From the NCBI GenBank assembly GCA_016211945.1, contig JACRHV010000008.1, positions 1-50,247 on the forward strand: a stretch of 50,247 nt of DNA, read 5' to 3'. The notes under the pieces are model-generated. The model made no database searches. It saw only the letters and a list, made by a program, of their open reading frames with translations, and was not told the DNA's origin. The translations under genes were made by a program, and so were the position numbers. Shown piece after piece: positions 18,246-26,944 of this stretch. This DNA comes from Minisyncoccota bacterium. GTDB taxonomy: Bacteria; Patescibacteriota; Microgenomatia; UBA1400; UBA12028. The stretch's first letter is position 1. Each line of letters starts with the position of its first letter.

Positions 18246-18845
18246 ATGCAAAACGGATATTTTCCAGGCCAGCAATCGGACGAACGCGTGTTGTATGAAG
18301 TGAAGCCGCACGTCTATGCACTGTACTTCAGTTTGGCGAAACTCTATGTACTTTCGCTCATCCTCGCAATCTTTCTTATCGCACTTTCTTCGATTCATTC
18401 TTCATTTTTTCTTCTTGGTCTTTTGCTTGGCGTAGGTATCGCGGCACTTGGTACTTGGATTATGACGGAGATGTACCATAAGAACATTTCGTACATCACC
18501 GATCGTCGCATTGTTCGTTTTGAAGCGGCAACTCCTTTTGCGACAAATGTTCGCGCGCTCACTTGGGATGAGGTAGTGAAGGTAAAAACATTTCCGCGAA
18601 ACGTACTATGGAAATCGCTGATGATCGGTACCGTAATCATTCACGCAGGATCAACCTACGTGCATACACACGTCCAAACTCGGGAAAATGTGTATACGAA
18701 TGATGATCTTGATCTAGAGCATGTGTATTATTACAAAGATTTAGGAAACTACATTGATAAAGTGCTCTACACATACAAGCATAAACCGGCAGAGCTGGCA
18801 GAGCTTCGTCCATTTGTTCCTAAGCCAACAGGGCAAAGATATTAA
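18246..18845 (+). CDS. membrane protein with bacterial PH (YdbS/YdbT-like, bPH_2) domain
   Basis: Two N-terminal TM helices, then ITDRRIVRFEAATPFATNVRALTWDEVVKV...GTVIIHAGS, typical of the membrane-flanked PH domain. Confidence 0.6.
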   Translation: MQNGYFPGQQSDERVLYEVKPHVYALYFSLAKLYVLSLILAIFLIALSSIHSSFFLLGLLLGVGIAALGTWIMTEMYHKNISYITDRRIVRFEAATPFATNVRALTWDEVVKVKTFPRNVLWKSLMIGTVIIHAGSTYVHTHVQTRENVYTNDDLDLEHVYYYKDLGNYIDKVLYTYKHKPAELAELRPFVPKPTGQRY

Positions 18846-18860
18846 ATTGAAGAGGAAATA

Positions 18861-19634
18861 ATGAAATATATGCTACAGATTCTTTTTAAGTCAACCTTTA
18901 TAACAACTTGTTCACTAGTAGCATTTTTTGTTATCCGCACAGTATTTCGCACAGATACGATGATAGCCGATATTGGTGTTTTAGGATTATTTGGATCGTT
19001 TTTTGGAGTCCTGTTCGGTATACTTTCTGCTTTTGTTGTTTTTGAGGTGTGGGGACAATACAACAAAACTGTTGCTCTTATTGAGAAAGAAGCAATGAAT
19101 TTAGAAAAGATTTTTCGTCTCGCATTTTATTTTAGAGATAAAAAATTTTTAACGAGCATGAAAAATGTTGTGAATAGATATATTGCCGTGGTATGTACTC
19201 AAGAATTTCCAGCACTTGCCCAAGGAAGTAGAACGAGTCCTGCTGGCAAAATTTTTCGAGAGATATCGCAGCTTATCTGCAATGTAAAATTTAATGATAA
19301 TCACGACCAAGTTGTTTTCGATCACATGTTAGCAGAATACAATACGCTCGCAGAAGTTCGTTCAGAAAGACTTGTCCAAAGTTTGGCACGACTGCCAAAC
19401 CTGTTACGAATTTTTCTCTATATGTCGTCATTCTTGGCAACATCTATACTTCTTGTTGCGCCAGTTATTGTTGTTCCTTTTGGTTTATTATGTACAGGTG
19501 GTTTTGTTTTTATTCTTTCTCTTGTTCTTCAGCTTGTTGAGGATCTAGATAATCCATTTGTTGGGTATTGGAATATTAATGTTGAACCTTACGAACGAGT
19601 ACAGAAACACATAAAAGAAGACTATACGTTTTAA
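18861..19634 (+). CDS. DUF4239-like membrane protein
   Basis: FGILSAFVVFEVWGQYNKTVALIEKEAMNLEKIFRLA plus C-terminal TM helices resembles DUF4239. GAAGAGGA ribosome binding site. Confidence 0.45.
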   Translation: MKYMLQILFKSTFITTCSLVAFFVIRTVFRTDTMIADIGVLGLFGSFFGVLFGILSAFVVFEVWGQYNKTVALIEKEAMNLEKIFRLAFYFRDKKFLTSMKNVVNRYIAVVCTQEFPALAQGSRTSPAGKIFREISQLICNVKFNDNHDQVVFDHMLAEYNTLAEVRSERLVQSLARLPNLLRIFLYMSSFLATSILLVAPVIVVPFGLLCTGGFVFILSLVLQLVEDLDNPFVGYWNINVEPYERVQKHIKEDYTF

Positions 19635-19816
19635 GTCTTATTTCCCCCTGAACTACCTCTTGCATTTTCGAGGTGCCCATCATACAATAACGCTCTACGA
19701 AAGTAGTAGAGAAATAAGGAGACTGTTCTTGTTCACGGGTGCCCCAGCAGCATTTACTCGAGGAAGGAGCGATATCACTAGATAGCTCTTCTGCTGATCC
19801 GTGAAGAATAACAGAG

Positions 19817-19837
19817 CTCCCGCACAGGGAGTTTTTT
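19817..19837 (+). terminator. intrinsic terminator-like hairpin 30 nt before tRNA-Ala
   Basis: ctccc-gcaca-gggag followed by tttttt. Confidence 0.55.
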
Positions 19838-19866
19838 ATTTCTCGAAGAAAGGACGAGCAGAACGC

Positions 19867-19939
19867 GGGCCCATAGCTCATCCGGTAGAGCGCATCATTT
19901 GCAATGATGAGGTGAGCGGTTCGAGTCCGCTTGGGTCCA
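19867..19939 (+). tRNA. tRNA-Ala (anticodon UGC)
   Basis: Cloverleaf: gggccca/tgggtcc with the G3-U70 identity pair, anticodon arm catca-ttTGCaa-tgatg, T arm agcgg-ttcgagt-ccgct. Confidence 0.9.
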
Positions 19940-19956
19940 CAAGAAAGATAAACAAT

Positions 19957-20217
19957 ATGACGACAATAGACCTAGAACCATCAACAAGAGGAGAGCTTGA
20001 AGGGACATTAAAAGCACTTGGAGTACCTACAGAGGTAAATATTGGCACTATACGGGGTATTGAAAAAAATCTACTTGAACAAGCTTTAGAAGCAATTTCG
20101 TTCTATTTTGCTTGGGGAAGTGAAAAACCAGAGGACACAAAGTTTAATCAATACGCAATGCAAATAGAAGAAGAAATCGAAAGAATTTTAGGCAAACAAG
20201 AAGTAGTACAAGCATAA
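19957..20217 (+). CDS. small hypothetical protein in the tRNA-Ala-23S spacer
   Basis: 86 aa from ATG 19957. The longer track ORF (19801) would run through the tRNA. No clear ribosome binding site. Confidence 0.35.
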   Translation: MTTIDLEPSTRGELEGTLKALGVPTEVNIGTIRGIEKNLLEQALEAISFYFAWGSEKPEDTKFNQYAMQIEEEIERILGKQEVVQA

Positions 20218-20280
20218 CAACAATGATTCAAGAAGTGTCGCAGTCGCAAGATTGAGACTCTTCTCCGATCAAACGGATTC

Positions 20281-20292
20281 GCTCCTTAACAA
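20281..20292 (+). promoter_or_regulatory. boxA-like element in the 23S leader
   Basis: GCTCCTTAACAA compared with consensus GCTCTTTAACAA. It overlaps the 5' strand of the 23S processing stem (20284-20304 pairs with 24828-24849). Confidence 0.45.
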
Positions 20293-22331
20293 GTGAAGAG
20301 AATGTAAATAAAGTAAAGAAATTGAAATTGTAGGTTTTACATCTTTATAGAAATATAAAAAGATTTATCGTTTATGTAAACTCACGCAGATAGTGGATGC
20401 CTTGGCAATACATACCGAAGAAGGACGTACTAAGCCGCGAAAGTCGTCGGGGAGCTGCTACGAAGCGCCGATCCGACGGTGTCCGAATGGGGAAACCCAC
20501 TCTGGGTTATACCAGAGGGTCCGCCAGCCTTGTGCTGGGGAAGGGAACGCGCTGAACTGAAATATCTAAGTAAGCGCAGGAAAAGAAATCGAATGAGATT
20601 CCCTGAGTAAGCGACGAGCGAAAAGGGAACAGTCTAAACCGAGATTTATCTCGGGGTTGCAGGAGCCCAACATTGGATTGTAGTGATATAGCAGAACACC
20701 TCGGAATAGGTGGCCAAAGACCGTGATAGCCGGGTACGCGACATGTCAGTGCACCATAGGGATTTCCTAAGTACTTTCGAAGACGGCAAACTTCGTAAGG
20801 AATCAGGGGTGACCACACTCCAAGACTAAACATATGTATTGACCGATAGTGAACGAGTACCGCGAGGGAAAGGTGAAAAGAAGGGTCGAAGACCCCGTGA
20901 AATAGTACCTGAAACTATCTGCTAACAAGCAGACAGAGCCCGTAAGGGTGATGTCGTGCCTATTGAAGAATGAACCGGCGAGTTATGGTGTACTTCAAGT
21001 GTAAGCGGTTGCCACCGCGGACGCGTAGTGAAAGCGAGCCTGAATAGGGCGATGAGAAGTGCACTGTAGACCCGAAACCAGATGAGCTAACCATGTCCAG
21101 GCTGCAGGTGGGGTAAAACCCACTGAAGGGCCGAACCGTTTAGCGTTGCAAGGCTATCGGATGAGGTGTGGTTAGAGGTTATATGCCAATCGAATCTGGA
21201 GATAGCTGGTTCTCCCCGAAATATATTTAGGTATAGGCTCGTGATAAGCGCAATGGGGGTAGAGTACTGGATGAGTGCCTTGGTCGCAAGGCCAAGCACT
21301 TAACCAAACTGCGAATACCATTGTTGCATGCACGGGACTCAGTACGGCGGAGCTAAGTTCGTCGGGCAAAAGGGAAACATCCCAGACTCTCGTCTAAGGT
21401 CTCTAAAATTCCCTCAGTTGGGAAGGTAGTTGTCATCCTTAAACACCTAGGAGGTCGGCTCAGAAGCAGCCATCCTTGAAAGAAAGCGTAACAGCTCACT
21501 AGCCGAGGTTGACAGCGCCGAAAATGTACCGAGGATCAAGGGAATTACCGAAGACAGAGATTTTTATGTATTTTTTAAATATATAGGAGTGGTAGGGGAG
21601 CGTTCTGAGTGCTGTGAAGGCGGCGGGAAACCGATCTGCTGGAGCGATCAGAAGTGCGAATGCCGGTATGAGTAGCGTAAACGAAGTGAGAATCTTCGTC
21701 TCCGAATGTTCAAGGTTTCCGCACCCACGTTCGTCGTGTGCGGGTTAGGCGACCCTTAGGCGAGGCCACTCGGCGTAGCTGATGGATAACTGGTTGATAT
21801 TCCAGTCCTTGAGCGAGTTCGTTATTACTTGGGGAGGGACGGATTTGGATAGTGCATATGCCCGTAGTGAATGGGCCATCAAAGCAACGAGACAGTGTCT
21901 GCAGGCAAATCCGCAGATGTGTTTAATCGAGTTGTAATAGCAAGTGTGCTGAGCAATCAGCGCGCAAGATGCATGACTTCAGGTCCCTAGAAAAGCTTCG
22001 CAAGGAGAACTTGATCAATTCGTACCAATAACCGACACAGGTGAACTGGTAGAGTATACCAAGGAGAGCGAGAGAAAGTGGTTTAAGGAATTCGGCAAAT
22101 CTGCTGGGCGTACCTTTGGTATATGCCCTCCTCTTCGCAAGAAGAGGCGCAGAGAAAGTTTTGAGATCGACTGTTTAACAAAAACACAGGTCTGTGCAAA
22201 CTCGAAAGAGGACGTATACAGGCTGAAACCTGCCCAGTGCCGGAAGGTCAACTGCGAGAGTGGTATCGCAAGATACTGCTTTCAATTGAAGCCCCGGTGA
22301 ACGGCAGCAGTAACTATAACTGTTCTATGGT

Positions 22332-23040
22332 AAATCGTTGCCATAGTAAAACTTGGCCAAATGCTGGAAAACCTGAGTATGTTGCGCTAGTTGAATTTGG
22401 GTAAATTTCGGGTATTATGAAAGTAATGTCCAAAATCCCACTTTTTACTGACAATGCGTCAACTGCAGAAAATCAGCAGGAAAGACTTATCTTTGCCGGA
22501 TGGATTGTTGGTTTTGTGGATGGAGAAGGGTATTTTGGTGTGAGTATTAATAGAAATTCAAAAACAAAGTTTGGATTTCAAATACTTCCTGAGTTCGTTG
22601 TAACTCAGGGGGCCAAAAGTCTTACTTCACTTGAAAAGATACGAGAATATTTTGGTTGTGGAAGAATTTTTGTAAATAAAAGACATGATAATCATAAAGA
22701 AGATCTTTATCGATATTGTGTTCGGAATTTGCATGATATTTCAACAATTATTATTCCATTTTTCAAGAAATATTCACTAAAAACAGCAAAACATCAGGAT
22801 TTTGTAAGATTTTCTAAAGTAGTTGAACAAATGATTCAAAAGAAACATTTTTCTTTTGAGGGAATAAACTCAATCGCTTTAGAATTACAAAAAAATTAGA
22901 TAAGAATCCTCAACGACTATACGCCAGGCTCCAAAAGGAGAAGATATAGTCTGAACTTATGGGCGACCATAAGAGTGTACTAATCATGATTACACCGGCG
23001 AAAGCTGCAACAAGAAAAGATTGATAAACCAATCTATATA
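22332..23040 (+). mobile_element. group I intron in 23S helix 69-71 region (position equivalent to E. coli U1931)
   Basis: The exon reads gtaactataactgttctatggt | agcgaagtaccttgtc. Intron GCCATAG (22340-22346) pairs with exon CUAUGGU, with U-G at the splice site. The aagatatagtc core is at 22941-22951. The last intron base appears to be A, not G. Confidence 0.75.
22417..22899 (+). CDS. LAGLIDADG homing endonuclease (single-motif, homodimer type), intron-encoded
   Basis: LIFAGWIVGFVDGEGYFGVSI motif, 160 aa, located in a peripheral loop of the intron. Confidence 0.85.
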   Translation: MKVMSKIPLFTDNASTAENQQERLIFAGWIVGFVDGEGYFGVSINRNSKTKFGFQILPEFVVTQGAKSLTSLEKIREYFGCGRIFVNKRHDNHKEDLYRYCVRNLHDISTIIIPFFKKYSLKTAKHQDFVRFSKVVEQMIQKKHFSFEGINSIALELQKN

Positions 23041-23616
23041 AGCGAAGTACCTTGTCACTTAATTGGTGACGCGCATGAAAGGTCCAACGAGTCTCAAGCT
23101 GTCTTGAACCATTACTCGGCGAAATTGAAATGGCTGTGAAGATGCGGCCTACTGACAGTAGGACAAAAAGACCCCGTGAAGCTTTACTACAACTTGGCAC
23201 TGATGTTTTATACGGAATTGTTGAGAATAGGCGGGAGTGCGTGCCGCAAGGTACGTACACCAGTGAAATACCGCTCGTTTTGCATAGAATATCTTACTTA
23301 TCATGGCTGCATACGCCATGGAGGACACTGTCTGGCAGGTAGTTTAACTGGGGAGGTTGCTTGCGAAAGGGTATCGCAAGCGCGCAATGGTATCCTTGGT
23401 CCGGATGGAAATCGGACTGGAAGTGCAATGGCAAAAGGATGCTTAACTGTGAGGCAAACAGGCCGAGCAGATGCGAAAGCAGGTCATAGTGATCCTCGTG
23501 TGCTTTGTGGAAGGCACCGGGCTTAACGAATAAAAGCTACTCCGGGGATAACAGAGTCATCGCGCCTAAGCGTCCCTAGCGACGGCGCGGTTTGCTACCT
23601 CGATGTCGGCTCATTG

Positions 23617-23647
<31 letters not shown>

Positions 23648-23703
23648 GGTCTGTTCGCCCATTAAAGCAGTACGCGAGCTGGGTTCAGAGCGTCGTGAGA
23701 CAG

Positions 23704-24523
23704 CAGTAATCAAAGAGGCATTACTGTCTCAGCTACAGAGTGACGTATTTGAACAATGAGGTTCTGTTATAAAAATATGTAGCTCCACAAAAAGATTTGT
23801 GGAATAAATCTGACTAAATGCTGGAAACCCTCGTAAATATGTACTTACTAGTATATAAACTATATACTAGTGAAAATAGTTCATCAATGACCGTATGGTT
23901 ACGCGAGACAATCAGCAGGAAAGACTATGAAAACAATACATGATGAATATTTTATCGGTTTTATCGAAGGTGAAGGATGTTTTTATGTGAGCGTTGTTCG
24001 GTCACAAGAAACGACTTCCGGTTGGCAAGTAGTTCATTTCTTTAAGGTATCTCAGAATCCGAGAGGGAGAACAGTGCTTCGTGCATTGCAGAAACGATTG
24101 GGTTGCGGATATATTAAAGCAAATGGATCACAATCCTCTTCTGATAAATCGTTAGCGTATGTGGTACGTAATATTCTTGATTTACAAGAGAAGGTTATTC
24201 CTTTTTTGAAAGGGAAATTAATTATCAAACAAGAAGATTTTTCTCGATTTGAAAAAGTTGTAGAAATCGTTTCATTAAAAGCTCATTTAAAAAAGAGTGG
24301 AATGAAATGTATTCTTGATCTTGCATTTCAGATGAATACGAAGCAAAGAAAATATACGCGAAAAGAAATACTATCATCGTTTTTATAGAATCCTCACAGG
24401 CCATATGTCAGACATTACGCAAATAGCGTATAAAGATATGGTCGGATCTCTCTAGTGATAGAGAGTGCGATTTGAAAACTAGAAATTGAGTCGCCGATGG
24501 TAGAAATACCAGTAACATACATG
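23704..24523 (+). mobile_element. group I intron in the 23S peptidyl-transferase region (after the gagacag block, about E. coli 2603)
   Basis: The exon reads cgtcgtgagacag | (g)tcggcctctatcc. The core motif aaagatatggtcgg is at 24432-24445. G 24523 is a possible omega-G. Boundaries are uncertain by 1-3 nt. Confidence 0.65.
23927..24388 (+). CDS. LAGLIDADG homing endonuclease (single-motif), intron-encoded
   Basis: DEYFIGFIEGEGCFYVSV motif, 153 aa. Confidence 0.85.
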   Translation: MKTIHDEYFIGFIEGEGCFYVSVVRSQETTSGWQVVHFFKVSQNPRGRTVLRALQKRLGCGYIKANGSQSSSDKSLAYVVRNILDLQEKVIPFLKGKLIIKQEDFSRFEKVVEIVSLKAHLKKSGMKCILDLAFQMNTKQRKYTRKEILSSFL

Positions 24524-24655
24524 TCGGCCTCTATCCACTGTCAGCGTTGGAAGTTTGAGGGAATTTGCTCCTAGTACGAGAGGACCGGAGTGAGGCAATC
24601 CCTAGTGTGTCTATTGTCGCTGTCAAGCGCACCGTAGAGTAGCTACATTGCTGTT

Positions 24656-24688
<33 letters not shown>

Positions 24689-24865
24689 GTCCCCAAGATT
24701 AAACTTCCCAATCAGATCCCTTGTAGATCACGAGGTTGATAGGCAACCGGTGTACACGTGGTGACACGTTAAGCCTAGTTGTACTAATAGATCGATTGAA
24801 CATAAACGATAACTCGTAAAACCATTGCATTCTCTTCACGTTGTCAAGGAGGGAAACCTCCTCGA

Positions 24866-24983
24866 TCCCGGTCTTTAGAGCGATGTGGTCCGACCTCTTC
24901 CCATTCCGAACAGAGTCGTCAAACGCATCAGCGCCGACAATAATGCCCCCGCGAGGGAGTGTGAAGATAAGTCAAGGCCGGGA
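24866..24983 (+). rRNA. rrf: 5S rRNA
   Basis: Helix I pairs tcccggtct with aggccggga. Internal ccattccgaacagagtcgtcaaacgcatcagcgccga matches the loop C-helix III consensus (CCCATGCCGAAC...AGCGCCGA). It is followed by a T6 run. Confidence 0.85.
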
Positions 24984-25016
24984 TTTTTTGTGAAAAAAAG
25001 AGGTAAGATACTTATA

Positions 25017-25280
25017 ATGGGAACTGTTGATGTAGAACATACGCTTGCGCAATATTTTAAAGGTGAGATCACAATATCTGATCTCAGAGATATTTTTTAC
25101 CACAATACTTGGATGTTACAAGAGGGACAGATGGAATATCTTCGCCAACTTGCCAGCAAGGATGATGAAAGAGAGAGAAGATTGGCAGCGGCAGGATTAA
25201 CACTTGATCAGGCGAGGGTACAAATGCTAACACAACAAATGACTATCGATGAATTTCGCCATCTCGTGTATGGTAATTAA
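25017..25280 (+). CDS. small hypothetical protein downstream of 5S
   Basis: 87 aa from ATG 25017, preceded by AAGAGG. The longer track ORF (24885) overlaps the 5S gene. Confidence 0.4.
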   Translation: MGTVDVEHTLAQYFKGEITISDLRDIFYHNTWMLQEGQMEYLRQLASKDDERERRLAAAGLTLDQARVQMLTQQMTIDEFRHLVYGN

Positions 25281-25307
25281 ACTCCTCTAGTATGTCTTTT
25301 GTGTATC

Positions 25308-25316
25308 TGGTACAAT
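25308..25316 (+). promoter_or_regulatory. extended -10 box TGgTACAAT upstream of rpsA (leadered)
   Basis: TGG at 25308-25310 and TACAAT at 25311-25316. A leader of about 65 nt follows, with AAAGGGGA before ATG 25386. Confidence 0.45.
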
Positions 25317-25385
25317 ACCCGTTGCCTTCTTATAGGGAAATAAACACTATGAGAAAGTAATTCAACTGAAAGGGGATTATTCGAT

Positions 25386-26645
25386 ATGCCACGTGCAAAG
25401 AAAGATCCGGCAGCGGTAGCCGAAGATAAAAAAACCGTGAAATCCACAAAAAAGGAGATAGAGAAAGTTTTACCAAAGACAGAACACATAGAGAAAAACG
25501 AAAAACTTGCAGAAAAACCTGTAGTAAAATCTGAGAAAAAATCAACAAAAGCTCCAACCTCCATGGAGGAACTTTTGGCCTCTGTATCAACCGAACTTCG
25601 AGTTCCAAAAGTAGGAGATGTTCTTGATGGTGTGGTCACAGAAGTGACAAAAAAAGCTGTTCTTGTTGATATTGCTGGGAAAACAGAAGGTGTTGTCACG
25701 GACAAAGAGTTTGATGCAGCGATGGAGTACATTCGCACGCTTAAACAGGGCGACACAATTTCTGTCTATGTCGCAAGCACAGAAAATGATCGCGGCCAAA
25801 TTTTACTCTCGCTTCGTCGCGCCGCAATGAACCAACGATGGGATCAATTCTCTCAAGCGATGCAAACGGGTGAAACAGTAGTGGTTCGTGGATTAGAGTT
25901 AAACAAAGGTGGCATGATTGTTGGTGTTGATGGTATTCGCGGATTCGTTCCAACGAGCCAGTTTAGCAAGCAGTTTATTGGCAAGCTTGATTCATTGATG
26001 AATCGACCAATTAAGGTCAAGGTGATCGAGGTCGATAAAGAGAAAAATCGGTTGATTTTCTCTGAACGCCATGTATCCGAGGCAGATTTGATCGCACAAA
26101 AATCCGCGACGCTTTCGCAGATTGCAGTAGGGACGATCTATGAAGGAAAAGTTTCTGGAGTGATGCCATTTGGTATTTTTGTTTCGCTTTCAGTTCCGCT
26201 TGCTGGCGAGAAGGAAAAAACGAGCGAGGGAAAAATCGAGGGGCTCGTTCATATTAGTGAAATTTCATGGGAGAAGATCGAGGACTTGAGCAGAATGTTC
26301 ACGGTAGGGCAAGAGGTAAAAGTAAAGGTGCTCACCATTGATCAAGCGACCGGCAAGTTAAATTTGTCGATGAAGCAGCTTTCATCCGATCCATGGTCTA
26401 CCGTTGCAGAAAAATATCCTGATGGTACCGTTATTTCTGGCGTTGTTTCGAGGATTGCGCCATTTGGTGTGTTTGTCACGGTTGAACCGGGTGTTGATGG
26501 GTTAATTCACATCAGTAAGGTTCCTGCAGGTGAGGAGCCAAAGGTTGGTAACAAGATTCAAGTCTCTGTTGAGAAGCTTGAGCCAGAGGCGCGTCGCATG
26601 AGTTTGAGTATTGTTTTAAGTGAAGTTCCAATGGGATACAAATAA
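25386..26645 (+). CDS. rpsA: 30S ribosomal protein S1 (four S1 domains) with Lys/Glu-rich N-terminal extension
   Basis: Four OB/S1 repeats (GDVLDGVVTEV.., GETVVVRGLELNKGG.., GTIYEGKVSGVMPFGIFV.., GTVISGVVSRIAPFGVFV..). The first roughly 65 residues are K/E-rich and low complexity. Confidence 0.85.
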   Translation: MPRAKKDPAAVAEDKKTVKSTKKEIEKVLPKTEHIEKNEKLAEKPVVKSEKKSTKAPTSMEELLASVSTELRVPKVGDVLDGVVTEVTKKAVLVDIAGKTEGVVTDKEFDAAMEYIRTLKQGDTISVYVASTENDRGQILLSLRRAAMNQRWDQFSQAMQTGETVVVRGLELNKGGMIVGVDGIRGFVPTSQFSKQFIGKLDSLMNRPIKVKVIEVDKEKNRLIFSERHVSEADLIAQKSATLSQIAVGTIYEGKVSGVMPFGIFVSLSVPLAGEKEKTSEGKIEGLVHISEISWEKIEDLSRMFTVGQEVKVKVLTIDQATGKLNLSMKQLSSDPWSTVAEKYPDGTVISGVVSRIAPFGVFVTVEPGVDGLIHISKVPAGEEPKVGNKIQVSVEKLEPEARRMSLSIVLSEVPMGYK

Positions 26646-26654
26646 GGGGGGAAA

Positions 26655-26819
26655 ATGTCTAAACAACGCATGATTGTGACTGATGATCAGCTCTTGATCG
26701 ATATGGATCTGCTTTTTAAAGCAATTCGTGAAGCAAATGGAGACTGGGAAAAGGTCGAAAAAGAGATGCGCGCTTATTTAGAGGCAGTGCAGTCGATGGT
26801 CACACATTCAGAAGAATAA
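26655..26819 (+). CDS. small hypothetical protein (54 aa, below the ORF-track cutoff)
   Basis: My own translation is MSKQRMIVTDDQLLIDMDLLFKAIREANGDWEKVEKEMRAYLEAVQSMVTHSEE. AAGGGGGG lies 5 nt upstream of the ATG. Confidence 0.4.
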   Translation: MSKQRMIVTDDQLLIDMDLLFKAIREANGDWEKVEKEMRAYLEAVQSMVTHSEE

Positions 26820-26927
26820 CGTACCTTTTTTATCACGAGTTTTGTACGCAGTTTCCTCAGGTTTTTTGTTGAAATCTTACAATAACCTTACAATGGTCGA
26901 GTTCCTGCGTGTTTTCTGTAATCCCGA

Positions 26928-26936
26928 TGGTACAAT
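26928..26936 (+). promoter_or_regulatory. extended -10 box TGgTACAAT, 8 nt upstream of the radA ATG
   Basis: TGG at 26928-26930, TACAAT at 26931-26936, gtggtgca, ATG 26945. No Shine-Dalgarno sequence. Confidence 0.4.
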
Positions 26937-26944
26937 GTGGTGCA

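Noticed and set aside
19695-19837. SRP (4.5S) RNA as the identity of the rod-like candidate RNA
   Set aside because: The apical loop is ACTA rather than a GNRA (GGAA) tetraloop, and the conserved AGCA/GGAA-type domain IV loops could not be found. It is kept only as an unclassified candidate.
20507-23526. Track ORFs inside 23S exons (20507..20833 -, 21087..21369 -, 22015..22251 -, 22910..23260 -, 23130..23526 +)
   Set aside because: They overlap conserved 23S rRNA blocks or intron ribozyme cores. Only the two LAGLIDADG ORFs have protein-like motifs.
25277-25756. 159-aa ORF antisense to the 5' part of rpsA
   Set aside because: It is a Ser/Phe/Thr-rich mirror of the Lys/Glu-rich S1 extension, with no start context.
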